Shown: positions 10,263 to 23,764 of the stretch, one piece after another | Numbering within the stretch: the stretch's first letter is position 1 | How the letters are laid out: each line of letters starts with the position of its first letter | Source of the DNA: Setoptus koraiensis | Lineage: Eukaryota; Animalia; Arthropoda | Length of the DNA stretch: 64,000 bases | Reading direction: 5' to 3' | NCBI GenBank assembly: GCA_048013815.1 | Contig: CM106586.1 | Coordinates: 6,262,001-6,326,000, forward strand | Notes under the pieces: generated by a model | Told to the model about the DNA's origin: nothing | The model's database searches: none | The model's input: the letters and a program-made list of their open reading frames with translations, nothing else | Made by a program: the position numbers and the translations under genes

Positions 10263-10729
10263 CTCTTCCATATGATGAGTCGATAATCAAACTCGTTTTA
10301 GATCGTATTCTTTGTTTGGGGCGTGTCAGACACCGCTTCCGGTAAACCTTGGCGCAGTCTCCACCGGTTCAAGTTCTGTCATTTTACCGCTAGATGGTGC
10401 TTTTCCGGGGACTTTCGAATGGGTCCCCGCTGGCCTCCTTACGTCATACCTACTCGAAAATGGTGTCATTCGATGCGGTTTGACCAGTACTAAGCAATCG
10501 TAAAAAAATTCAGCGAAAAAATGTGGTGCCGACAGGATCGAAAGTGAGAAAAACAACTTTTCCCTCCATTCGGCCCCAATTTCGTACATCTGAAACAATG
10601 AAATTATCTGGGCTCAAAGCTTGTCGAATGCGAAACGTGAAAAAAAAGAAGAGCAGTTTTTTTATAGAAAAAAAGGTGTAATCACTGAATCATGTGTAGT
10701 TGTTAGAATTAGTACAAGTTCGAGTTTAT

Positions 10730-12863
10730 TTATCTACTGTGTAATCTAGATATATCAAACGTTTCCTCATTTTCAGAGGCCCAATCGGTTTCGCCAACAG
10801 GTATTATTTTGGCCAGGTTTTGTTGTCTATTATTATATTGCATTTGTTTTGATAGATTGCTGTTGCCATTGATTATCTTTTGTTTTTCGGTTGTTTTCTG
10901 ATTATTGTCGTTGCTAGTTGATATTAGCACCATAGTTGGCGAGGATAATTGATTGATTTTATTTTTCTTCTGAAGTGTGTTGTGTTCATCATTGTTGTTG
11001 TTATTGACTCTTGAATTAGCATTTGCTTGAGTCACATGATCAATACTGATAGAATGTTCTATCGTTGACACCTCATTATCAGGCGAGTGAATTGATTGAT
11101 GACCATTACCATTATCATCATCATTTATACTAGTAGTAGTGGCACTTGTAGTGGTAGTGGTCAATCTGTTTCGTTGTAAGCCTTGCAAACTTTTATCTCT
11201 ACTTGGACCATCTAAACTGTCATCATCATAAGACGGTTGTGATTGAGTTGGCAATTTAGTTGAGCTGCTTGAAATAGTTGTTGAGCTTGCCGTATTAGCA
11301 TAGATGGGTGTTGTTAGATGATGAGCTTGCCATTGTCTACCATTGATGTTTGACGATTGTGTTGTTGTTGTCGCCAATGGAGGTTGCATCACCTGCTGAC
11401 GTATTCTCTGATTGGCCACAGTGGGCACGTTGTTGTTATTATCAATAGTGTTTTTATTATTATGTTGTTTGTAGTTGCTTGTTGATGGTCTTCCAACAAT
11501 TTGAATAGTTGTACCGATTGGAGGTTGCTCAAATATGCTACTGGCTGTCGTCAATTGAGGCAATGGTGGAGCCATTGGTGGGGGTATTGGTCTAACCTTG
11601 ATGTTTGATTGTCTATTGTCTTGCAACTGTTGCTGTTGCTGTTGCTGTTGTTGATGTCTAGCTGCTGTCATACTGTTATAATTGTGATTAACACTGTTGC
11701 TGTTGGCCGTTGTTAGTAGCATGTTTTGGACATGCGGAAACACAACACTATCCACTGTATTAACAGGTCTCACAGCGGAGGCCTCGATAGCATAAGCTTG
11801 ACCAAGTGACTTATGGCCTGAATTGACATTATTATTCCTGCTGCTAGCCCGTTCTGGGTGTCTGACTAAAATAACGGAACCGGGTTCGTTTAAGTGATCG
11901 GCACTCACCGATGAGCCTTGTCCGTGTGTCAGATCTATAGCGACTGCGTTTGGTTTTATCTTTGCATTGTTGTTATTGTTGTTTGACTGCTGTATTCTAG
12001 TGTTTGTCTGTCTATCATACTGCTCTCTTAGATCAACATTTTGACCATTGAATTGATTGACATACTTAATATTATTTGGTTGCATCATTGGTTTGTTTCT
12101 ATTAATTGTGGCAGTCTGTTTCTGGGCTGCTTCGCTCACCATTGGGTATCTTGGGGTCAAGCTAGTTGTGGCTTGAGTAGGTCCGGCAATGTGATTGATA
12201 ACTTGGGCAAAACTATGGCTAGTGGCATCCTGGTTACTGAAGGTGCTCATTAATTTTGGAAAATTCGCTGAAGGTCTGGTCACTGGTTGATAATTGTTGT
12301 AATTTTGTCCATCGACACTGGGTCTATCAACGGTGTTATCATTGTCGTGAAAAGTTGACTTGGCAGTTGTGTCCACAAGTCTGAGATAATTGTCGCCGCG
12401 CGGCGCCAAAGTTCTCATTAGGTGCTCATCATTATCAAGCTCATTATCGCCGATTGTAGTAGTGTGAGCGGCGCGAATTGTTGCCCGGCTGTCATAATCA
12501 TTGGTGTTCACTAGGTCGACAGCAACATTTGATGGCCTGCTGATATGTTGGTCTTGTTGTGGTTGGTCTGTGTCATCCAATGAATTATCATTGTCGTTAT
12601 TAATTTGATCAAACTGTTCAGATAATTTAGCGCAATCTACATTGTGGGCAAAATCGCAAGTCAATATGGCATTATTGAACAATGTTCCCAATGGACATTG
12701 AAAAGTAGTTTTGTGTGTATTACTCTGGCAAACATGATAAGATTGGCACCCACTAGCCGGATCTGCGTATATTCCATCGGAGCGGCATTGATATTGATTG
12801 GAGTCGTTGGTGGTGTTATTGATTGGCCGTCTGGCATGTTGTTGCTGTCTGGGTTCCGCAAAA
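10730..12863 (-). CDS. Chitin-binding peritrophin-A (CBM14) protein with a ~630-aa N/Q/T/S-rich tail; last exon shown, 5' exon(s) unresolved
   Basis: Extending ORF 10730..12691 upstream gives QCRSDGIYADPASGCQSYHVCQSNTHKTTFQCPLGTLFNNAILTCDFAHNVDC (6 Cys, 12787-12632). Likely acceptor ttag at 12864-12865, with an in-frame stop further upstream. Confidence 0.85.
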
Positions 12864-15800
12864 CTAACCGGCCATGATATGCATTATATGATATGCGTGA
12901 GTACGAAAATAGTCGGATGAGAGTGAGATGAATCAGTGCAAAGGTTAGTGAACAGGTACGAGCTGAATCATAATATGCAAGATGTATCAAGTAATAGCAA
13001 TAACAACTATAGTGAGAGATAAAAACATAAAACAATCAATCAATGATCAAAGTTAGCTACGACATTGGCCATGCTGATAACATCACTTTTGCACATGTGT
13101 AAGTTGTACAATCATGATCACTCACAACTATCACTTTTTATAGTGCTCTACTTTATTTATCCAGATTATAATGCCCGTCTCTCAACAGTCCACCAACTGT
13201 CAGCTTAATCAATCAGACTGGGCAGCACTAAAACTGGCCCAGCGACGTTGGTACGCACAAACATTGCAAAAATTTGTGATGTTTTCAAATGTATCATCTC
13301 CCTATAATCAATTGCGTTCATGATGAAACTCATTCGGATAGATGATGATGAGCGACGCCACCGCGACTAAAAAAGAAAATAAATCACTTTCTAGGTCTCC
13401 ACTGATATCTCTGTGCGTTTGTTTTGTTACAGTTTTAATCCAACGGAAGTGGCCGTATTAGCGGCATTAGTAGGTAAAACACTGATTTTAGTTGGGTTTA
13501 CTCGCTTATTTGGGCTCATTTGGTTTCGCTTGGGATTTTTCGCTCACTCTGACGCCAACAGCTTGGGGTTGCTGTTAGACTAACAGTGTTAGTGGTTAGA
13601 TATTATCTGTCTGTGGTTGTGTTTTGCAACGAGTGCTCACGATAGCCGAGAAGAGACGAGTCCAAATTATTCATAAATGCCGGCCGCTCGCTGGCTGGCT
13701 GGCGATATGAATATAAGCAAAAATAATGTCTTGTCGACGAATAATGTCCAGAGTTGAAGTTGCACCAATAAAGTGAGCAACAGTGATGAACAGATACAGT
13801 TAATGACTGGCAGTCAGTGAGTTTGATCATCACTCTTTAATATCTCTAGACTGGCCCCCTGCACTTGTTGCACCGTTGTTATTCACAAGGTTGAATATAT
13901 AAATCAAAAATTTATATGCACATGATTATTAAAATATAATCAGACGCCATGAAGTTGCTGAAATTAATGATGGCAATCATTAATTATTATCATTTCTTCT
14001 ATCTGTATCGTCCCTATATACATATCAATGGGATACATGATGATGGCAAGCTCGGTTTGTATTGTGACGCAACCAGGCAGCCAGCAAGCAAACATACCTA
14101 GCATGTTGTAATACAGGAAAATTACAAGTTGTTTGGTTCCTTCGGGGAGCCTTTTACGACATATTCAACCGGCCATTTTCTAGTTAATTTATGCTCGGTT
14201 CACCAACGAACTGCAACTACCTGTCGCTTGGTGTAGTTGCAACATGCGAGCAACTATACAAATGCAAGCCATGCATACGGCATGTGGCTATGGCAAACTT
14301 GAATTGTCTAACCAACGCTAAGCTACTGAATTGAGCTGGTCAGATGAATGAATGCCATGTTGTGCTATGTTATGCATCCCGGTAACGGTAGGTGGTGATA
14401 TTAATATGTTTCATATGCTCTTGTACATATTGCGTGCTCTCATGATATTGACTGGGTGACGCAACAACAACAACAGCAACAACAGCAACAACTCGACAGC
14501 AAGACAGCAGTTTGAGCCAATGATTTTCGCCAATAATATGACGGCAACATAACGGTTTAGATAAATACAGTCGTTATCACCTTGCATGTAAACTTTTCCA
14601 ATTCGTTACGCTCGCCCTGTGACTCGTCTTCTTCTGGACACGTTTTGTTTATTGCTTGTATATCATCAAACAATCAATCAAACAAAACTCACATGCGAGA
14701 GCATATTGCACATATTATACATGTACACCTATACTATACACCTGTACGGTGTAGCGTGCTGTTAAACTTGTTGCAATGCAAATAAAACTTATTCAATGCT
14801 ATTCCAATCAATTAATTCAAAATCCAATGGGCGAATAAAATCAACAGCAACAAGCTTCTTGTTGCTGGCCTGTTCTCAAGTTATCGTTGTTTGTTATTGG
14901 ATTTTTGAGTTATTAGTTAGCATTCTAGCTTTTCCTTTTCACTTATAGCCGGTGCACTGCTCGTGCGAAACAATTTGCCAACAACTTTGAACAGGTTGGT
15001 CAGCTTGCCGGCCTCAACGGCGTCTATCAATACATAAGTATAATATCAATTGAAATGATTGCTACGATTCGTTTCGTTTCGTTTCAAATCAATCTGATTT
15101 GATTTGGCAGTTTGAATCAATTGGTTTCGATGGCCACTGTTGCTATCGGTATCATTATCGGCTGTTTGAACTACCAATATCAAGTCTCATAGACTGGATA
15201 TTGGCCATTGGTGTTGTCTTATTACATGACCAGCAAGATAAATTAGCCCAGTTAATGGTGCTAACAGGCGAACAGGTTGATAAGTTGAGCGATTGATTTC
15301 TCAATAATGAAAATTATGCAATGGCTGAATCAAATTGATTGGTTACGCAACTACCGCATCGGCCAATACCGATCAACGTGCGTGTATCAATCGCGCTCGA
15401 ATACTCGCTGAATAGCTCAACACTCTCGCCATAGCGCACCATAGGTATTTGTATAGTGAAAATATTGATAATATTTGTCGGTAACAGCAAGCAAACGGGC
15501 GAGAAATGTAGAGCAAACCAACAACCAATAAAAGCTCGCCTAATTACATGTATTATGATGTGTGAACTATGGTAATAACACACAAACACACGGACAAAAA
15601 TAGCACGAACATCAACATTATTGTATGGGGCATCACCAACTGAAATGTTCTTGTTCAATGTTTATACCACGTCGAGCCAATATTGTTGCAACAATTTTGT
15701 TCAGTTGAGCAATTGAAAAATTAATATAAACTCGAGTATTATGAGTTAATTTATTCACATTGGCCCTCTCACGCAAATACCGCCCGCTGAACTTAATGTT

Positions 15801-17751
15801 GTTGCTCTTTCGCTGCTCCTTTGTCTCATCGACGTCAGTATTTTTCGCTTACATGTTGCATAACATGTAAGCTGCTTGTGCTACAGCAAGCAGCGGATGA
15901 ACTTTTCACTTGGCCGGCGCCAATTAATAACGACGAGCTAGTGTTCCGCGTTCAATTGATTTTGTCTAATCTATTCAATTCGAGATTCAAAATCTCATCA
16001 TCAATTAACTGCACTATTTGCCGTGATACTCTGACCAAAATTGGTGCGGATGAAGCGCATCGTTCGTATGCGCCTTGTCGACTGCCTGAATACTGTAAAA
16101 AAAGAAAAGTAAAAGTATTGTGTCGTGACTGCCGGGGCTAGTCAACTCACCATGCTTTGTAATATACATATGACATGTGATTTGAAATATTTGAAATATC
16201 GGAGCAGCGGATATTTTAGAAATGCTCACTCTTGCCGTAAGAGTGTGACGTACATGATATTGTTAGTGCATAATGTTGATTACAGTTGCATAAATTGTTG
16301 ATTTGATTTATCCCTTAATGACACACTTAAATCGGTGGCAGTGTCAAGAAAGTGCACACTTGACATTGGCTGCTGATTGCTAATGCTTCTGTTGGGTCGC
16401 AATGTCAGCCAACAGTGGTGTATAATTCACAAATAATTAACTAATGGACAGTGATAGCAGCAAACAGAGTCAAGGTTATCAGAATACTAGAACAATGCAC
16501 TTAAATTTCAATTAGCATATGTTTACATTGTAATTGTTGTTGTTGTTATAATAAAAACAATGCACGTTGCTGCACAAGTGAATCACTTGAAGTGATACAA
16601 ACAAATTGTTTGACGCAATGATCGGCTTGAGATTATTGAGTAAACTGATTGGCCAACAGATCAGACATGAGATGATCAATCACCTTGCAACTTGCAGCAA
16701 ACGCAGCAAGCCAAATGCCCACTCCAGATTGCGTCTACTCGGGTGAGACATTAATGCATTAGTATTCTAATTGTAACGGGCTGCCAAGTGGTGCCAATGA
16801 CGCCAATCATGGGCCAAAATTTGAGCCAGATCTCATCTCTGTGATCATGCCAAACTCGAAATGCTGAACTCGAAGCCTTCGAGTTGGACGGGCCAATAGG
16901 TTAGCGAGCAACAAAACAACAACAAATGACAACATCTGTCAAGTGCCATTGCACACACAATGGTATGCAAATAGAATTGATTTTAGAATTGAATTACATC
17001 AATCAATTTTAATCCCTAACTGTTCATTGAGCCGCGCTTACAATTGATCTGGCAAAAAGAATGGATATTTCAATTTCATTGTTGTGTCACGTTGGCTCCC
17101 TGGCTCTCACTCTGGCGCTCGGCGTCTCACAAAGCAGTCAAGTCTCTATCGACTGTTTGATCTGTTTGCTCTCTCTCTCCCATTTAATCTGATCGGATTC
17201 GATCCGATCCAATTCAATCACAGGTTTGTGTGAGACGGCGTCGGATATTGTGGCCGTTATGTAACCAGCAAACAACTGCTAGTGGGCCCGCTGATCGGTG
17301 GCTTACTTGCATAAATAGATGGATAATCCTTGAAATTGCCAAGTCGCCATTGTCGAGTCGAGATTCTCAAGTTGCGATTCTCAATTTGAGAAGCAACCAG
17401 TAAATAGTGAAGCAACGAGTAGAATGGTAAAAAGTGAATTGCGCAAAAGGCGAACAAAAGATGAGTTGCCCCATCGACAGTTGCCAAGGTGTCCAGCCAG
17501 GTCTCTCAGTGTGTCTTAATCACCTGTTGCTTTAGTCGCTCGCTGGCTGCCTGATGACCGTGGTCTAATTGCTTGCTACAAATACACAATGTTGCGCTGC
17601 CAAATGGATCATAATGTAACCTGGCGTGCGGTGGTCAATGCAGGTTGCTCGCTAACCAGGAACAAGTGGGATCAAGTGGACAGTCGCACACAGTGGGCAA
17701 TATAAACATGCACACTGTTACATAACGAACGTGTGTTATGTAACTGTGATT

Positions 17752-17802
17752 GTGTGTTGTGTAACAGTGTGTTGTGTAACAGTGTGTTGTGTAACAGTGT
17801 GT
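17752..17802. repeat. 15-bp minisatellite (gtgtgttgtgtaaca) x3.4
   Basis: Direct reading. Confidence 0.85.
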
Positions 17803-18158
17803 GCGGTGGGCTCGTCAGAGTAGTTGTAAAACACAAACAATTAATTGTTCTTGTCGTAACATTGGCCGGCCGGCCTCCCTCGCTCGGCCGGCTCGCTGGC
17901 TGGCGGCCCGCCGGTCGCAATTAACGGCAGCAAGAGAAAATTAAATTTCCAGCTAAGCGGTTATTCTTGGCGGCTTGTGTGTCCTACTGGCAACACAAAG
18001 TGTCCCTGAAAGTCATAATAAAAGTCAGCCAGCCAGCTAATAACTGTAACTCACAAATTTGTGCTAGTGCATATTGCAAAATTAAATCAAACTCAAACCC
18101 GACTCAAACTCAATGGCAAACTCAAAAGCAGAAGCAAGTGCAAATTAACAACTCACCT

Positions 18159-18968
18159 GGTGCCTGGCGAGCTGGCGGCGCTAAAAGAGCGCGAATTGGC
18201 AATTTGCAAGGTGCTCGTGGGTTGTTGGCGCCACATCAATTGTCGTTGTCGTTGGCGATTGTTGTTCATTTGTTGCTGACGTTGCCTATGTTGATTATTG
18301 TGACGCAATCTATTGTTTGTCATAGGCTGACCACGCACTTGATCGTCGCTATCGTCCACCTTGTGTATGTGCGCATTCCTAAAGTGCAAATCGGCCAAAG
18401 CTAATTGACTTATTTGATCGCTGGCCAGGGATCTTCTGTCGGCAAACATGGCGTTTGCTTGATTAGATGCCGTTTGTCTGTCGTTGTTGCTGATGACAGG
18501 TCGACGCGGCTGACTGTCCTGTCCGGCCTCCAAATCGGCCAGTTCGGCCTGACGCATCAAACTGGCCATGACGTCCTCGTCAGAAGCGTGGCTGACACTA
18601 ACAAGTTGTTGTTGCTGCTGTTGTTGCTGCTGCTGTTGGTCACTTGGGCTCGATTGGGCGCCAACGCTCACCTGTTGCTGACTGGACGGAGCGAGTGACT
18701 GTTGTCCTTGGTTGAAGTTGCCCGTCCATTGGCGTTCCTCGAGGGGTTGCAAGCGGTCACCAAAGTGTGTCCATTTGGTTGTCTGTTCGGACGGAGTGAG
18801 GGGGTCACACGAATCCAATTCCAATTGAAATGCCATATCGCAATGGTTGCATATCGCATAGTTGCAGTTGAATAAACGAGAAGAACGCACAACACCAGTC
18901 GGTATTAATGAGATTGTGATTAACGTGATTAGACAAAAACATATAATTTGTGTGTTTCTCTTAAACAA
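18159..18968 (-). CDS. Putative first coding exon of an unidentified secreted protein (signal peptide, 4-Cys motif, polyQ)
   Basis: 271-aa ORF begins MFKRNTQIICFCLITLITISLIPTGVVRS and contains CNYAICNHCD..SCD. It ends at a good donor (AG|gtgagt, 18158). Downstream exons could not be fixed. Confidence 0.5.
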
Positions 18969-21636
18969 TTACAACACACACGTGAGAGCCAAGACAAAAA
19001 CACCAACCAATCGTAATAGTGGGAAATTTGCATTTCGACCAAGCAGTCAAATATCATATTTGTCCGCTGAGAGTGAACGTGTCTACGTGTGTCACTCGTC
19101 GTCGGTTGGTCGCGTTGGTTGCAGTTGGTTAGTTTGTAACAAACTAAATAAAATAGTGAATTTTGTTGCTCGCACCAACTAACAAATGCTAATGCCAACC
19201 AACGCACAAACAAACATACAGTAACATTATATTAGATTACCGTGTTGGTGTATACATAAATACTCATGTTATGTAATGTTACGTAATGTGCACATGAGTA
19301 ATTGGTGTTGCAAGAACAACGAGTATGTTTTTGCCAGTGATGAACAGCAGCAACATTTATCGTTCTTCGTGGCTTGTTTTTCTTTTTGGGCCGTTTTTCT
19401 CTCTGGCCCGTTTTTACGTTACATGAAACGTTCGCTACGTTTATTAGTAGACCAGATTTGCAGTATGCGAGCGGCGAGCGGCGAGCGAATGACTGATTGG
19501 CAAAGTGAACTTGTTAAATAGTCCACTGCAATGGTCAAGGTGACCATCATTGCGGCATCTCTAATGTCATTTGTTATTATTATCATTTATGATTGCATGT
19601 ATTCGCATTGTAAACGCACAACTATTAGTGGACGCCGTTACACAATTATAATAATAACGGTATAATATAGAGCGAGCGATATATAAATGTGGGCATGTTT
19701 TCATCGAAACGTTTTCATCTATTAAGTATGCGTTGGCAGTGTTACGTTATTAAGTTACGTATTGTCGCTGTTTTGCGCTGTCGGTTGGTCAGTTTTGTTG
19801 TTGTGGTCAACACAAACACACTATTAGACATTCGCTATTAGACATAGGCGCTGGGCATGATAATGGCGACAATTTCACTGACATTTAGTTAGATGATGAT
19901 TCAGTTTACTAATCATCATCAAGCGATGTCAGTTGCGCTCGCTCGTTACAGCACCGCCGTCCATCTGTCCCCTTCGCACGCACGCCAACAGCAACAACAA
20001 CCGATTGTTGTTGGCAAATTGGTAACAACAGCAACAACATTCGTTCGACAGGTAACTGACAAACTGACTATGAGTTGCTGCTGTAACAACTAACTGCTCG
20101 GTTCGGTCAGATAGCGTTCGCTGGCCAGTTGTGTCGCTACTTTAAATGAGATCAAATGACCATGCTGAGAAACAGAAGCGATCATAAAATAAAATTGTAA
20201 ATTTTGTAGCTTCTTCGTGGGCCGGTTGGTCGTTCGGTTGGTGCGTTCATTCGTTAACTCGTTCGTTTTGCTCGTCTCTTCTCTCTTGTGTTATTATTAT
20301 TATTATTATTATTCTTGACCAGGCAGCAAGTTGACTGTTGAATGAGCGTGCAAAAAGTGAATGACTGGAATGAAGCCAGCCGAAAATCTTCGTCAACTAA
20401 CTTGACCAACTTTGCACACAAAGTGGTTCAACACACAGGTGAGAACAACAAAGGAAGAACAAATTGAATTGAATCAAGTTACACTGACGCTAACAGTATG
20501 TTAAGAGCGCAACAGTTGTCGTTGTCGTCGTCGTTGTTGTCGTTGTTGTCGTTGTTGTCGTTGTTGTTGTTGCTGCTGTTGCGCAACTGTGTGCCGTTGG
20601 TCTCGTTGTGATGACACGAAAAAATTAAATTAAATCAAATCAAATTGAATCGAACGCGCAACAACTTGCGACTAACTGGACACACAAAGAGCAACACAAA
20701 AGGCTTACGACTCACTGTCTATGCATCTTTTCACTCGCTCTCTGCTGTGAATTGTTGACTGTTGTTGTCGTTATCGGTGCTCTTGTATAATCGCCGCTAT
20801 TCTGTTCGACCACCAACGATGACATACGGCCATACATTATGTAATTCAACGTTTGCAACGTCATTTAATGACGACTGCACCGTTAATTATTATAAGTGTA
20901 TATGCAGTGTCTGATCGGACAACAAGATTCTTTGCACGCTTTGACGGTGTCCTCTTGAAGCTAGCACGAATAGACGTCTAATGCACGTTACCGCCAACGC
21001 CATCATGCATTCTGATATTCATATATAGGCGGATATATTTATATAGCTCTCGAACATTAATGATGTTCAAATCAGATATTAGGACATTATTATGACATTT
21101 GGATATTTGCAACTATCCAAATATCATAATATATCATAAATAGTATGTACTACGCTCAGTCAACGCTGCGCGAGTAGTCGGGCAATTAGACATGCACTGG
21201 CGTTGATTGAGTCGAGTGCCACAGCCAACTCTGCCAGCGAACTCTATGGGGCCAATCTGCGATATGCTGAACACACCGGAAACTAGAACAATCTAATCTG
21301 CGGTGAATGGAGATTTTCACAACTCTCTCTCTGATGGAATCTGACGGATTCTGACGGATTCTGATGGAATGTCCATTGCGAATGAATGTTCGGGGCTCAT
21401 GAGATGAGCCCATGTTAACATGGGATAACTCATTGAGACGCGCCCCAACGAGCGGCATTCGCGAAGCAACGACCGACAGCGCAAACAACTACCAATTGTT
21501 CCAAACGACCAATCCAAGCAAACAACATTGCATACATTATTGATTACATACACCGGTGTATTATGTAATATGCCGGCTAAGAGAGCGACACGATTAGACG
21601 ATTAGGTCATTGATACAGTTACGCATTTTATCTTAC

Positions 21637-22288
21637 GGTCACTATGGCCACAGCATTGTAGCTCGCATTCGTGACCGTTCCATATGGTTTTCTTTTGTTG
21701 TTTTGGAGGTAGTTGTTGGCGTTGCTCAACGCAGTCACGATTCAGGTGCTCGTCAGTTAGCCGCTCGGCTGCATCCTGATTATTAATAATGGCAATTAAT
21801 TCTTGCAACTCCTATCTTCGCCAACTGCAGCCAACTGCAGCCAACTGCAGCCAACTGCAGCCAACTCGGCCAACTACCACCAACTACCACCGGCTACAAC
21901 CAACCAATGCCTTCATCTAGCCCACTGATATCTGGATAGCTAATATCTGCTCATTCAGATATTAAACAGATATTAGCGAAATGTTAGCCAGGTATTAGCC
22001 AGATATTGGCCAGATATCAGCCTTCACTTTTGAGAAAGTTGGTGGAAAAGTTTGAAAGCGAGCGTTGTTATTACGCGCTCAATTACTTACTCTTGCTTTG
22101 GGGTGCTGCTGCTGCTGTTGATTTTGGTGCGAAGATGCCGCCGTTATCAGCGGTTCCTCTGGTTGGGTCACTTTTTGGGTTGCAGCGCTGGCCTCGCATG
22201 AAATCTGCGCCACTAATATTGATACTATTATCACAAGAATTATCATAACGGATGTTGGCAAATGCGCACAAACTCTCGCCGGCGCCAT
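21637..22288 (-). CDS. Putative exons (22288-22091, 21811-21637) of an unidentified secreted/membrane protein
   Basis: MAPARVCAHLPTSVMIILVIIVSILVAQISCEASAA signal-like segment; AGA|gtaagt phase-0 donor, atag|GAG acceptor in the same phase; second exon ends WNGHECELQCCGHSD at C|gtaaga. No homology recognised. Confidence 0.45.
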
Positions 22289-23698
22289 GTTGATTTGATT
22301 GGTTGTTTGATTTGGCTGCTTGTATTTTGATTTGATTGAGTTCAATTGAATTAATATTTATATAAATATGATATAATTATTGTAATTGTGTTGACCAACG
22401 ATGACGCTAGTTGTGGCACCGACACTAACAAATGAAATAATTTTCTGTCGATGTTACGCCTGTTTGATCTTGTGTGTGTGTGTGATTGTATCATTCGCGC
22501 GTCATCATTAGTGTAAGTGGATTAGTCAAGCGACATGAGGCGACACTGCAAATATGTAGATTATGTTTGATGTTGATTATTCGCTTGCTGACTGCAAACG
22601 GCTCAAGTCACCGCAAGATTGGCTTGTCGTCTGGCAGCGTAAACACTTTTGCAACAGTTTCGCCGAGCTAGACAGAGCGTGATATGTTGCTGGTTGTCGG
22701 TTGCTGTTGTTGTTGTTGTTCGTGTCGTTGTTGTTTGTGTTGTTGTTGTTGTTGTTTGTGCGGATCGATGCGGGCCGGAACTGTGTTCTCGACTGAGTGT
22801 CTCGTTAATCGTGTGTCCCGTTAATTGTGTGTCCCGTTAATTGTGTGTCCGTTAACTGAAACGGCTTTGCTGCTGCGTCAATCGGTGTTGGCTGTTGGTG
22901 GGAACTCTGACGAGTTGCGTATTTATCTGCACTAACTATGCGGTAGTTGCGGCGCATTGGATGAGTGACGACGGATGACGGACGACGATGACGACGCTCA
23001 TATGACAGATGATCTAATAATGCGTATCTAATAATTGATACGCCAGCAAACTAAATACAAAATTGTTGCTGTCGACAATTCACTTACTGCTGCGCCGACT
23101 GTCTCGAATATCTCGATATATCCGATGTGTACCGATATATCCGCTGCTTGTATTGATGCACACTGCCGATATATACACTGACATATGTATTGATGTGCGC
23201 TTGTTTCTAAGTATAATGATTGATTGATCAATTGCTATTAAAAATTAAATCATGTCTTACATGTTGCTGTCGACATGCCCGCTCAACTGTGTGTTTTCGT
23301 CTGATTCAACTGATTTTCGTCTGGTCGCAAGTGGGCAAATAACGGTTCACAACTAACTTGCACACTAATTATAATTACAAACTCACTGATGCCTAACTAG
23401 CACTAACCAACACTAACCAAGACTTACCAAGACGCCGTTGCGGTGTTGTAGCGGGCTGGTGGATGACTCGTTGGAGTGACAATCGGCCAAGATATTGGTT
23501 ATTTGATAGTTGCGAACGCACAATTCAATTGAACAAATGCCAAAAGAATTGATCTGATCTGATCAGATATAATAACAACTAGACCAGCCACTGATATGTG
23601 TGTGTGTGTGTTCTCTGCTGAGCGCCAATATCAATGACCGTTATGTGTGTGTCCTTCCACCTTTTACTTTTCTACCTGTCCCGTTCTACCTAAGCTAC

Positions 23699-23764
23699 TT
23701 GCTATTTCTATGCTATTTCTATGCCATTTCCACGCCATTTCTATGCCATTTCTTTGCTATTTCT
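23699..23764. repeat. 11-bp minisatellite (atgctatttct variants) x6
   Basis: Direct reading. Confidence 0.8.

Noticed and set aside
10026-10271. 81-aa minus-strand ORF upstream of eIF3d
   Set aside because: Its frame is not conserved in copy A, and it crosses the GC-rich promoter repeats.
10405-10416. GAAAGTCCCCGG on the minus strand resembles RNase MRP CR-I/P4
   Set aside because: No downstream CR-V (ACnnGGGGCTnA) partner was found, and the motif pairs locally with GGGGAC instead.
14135-14155. GGTTCC-TTCG-GGGAGCC-TTTT looks like a bacterial intrinsic terminator
   Set aside because: Isolated short hairpin in eukaryotic intergenic DNA with no bacterial-type ORF upstream; probably chance.
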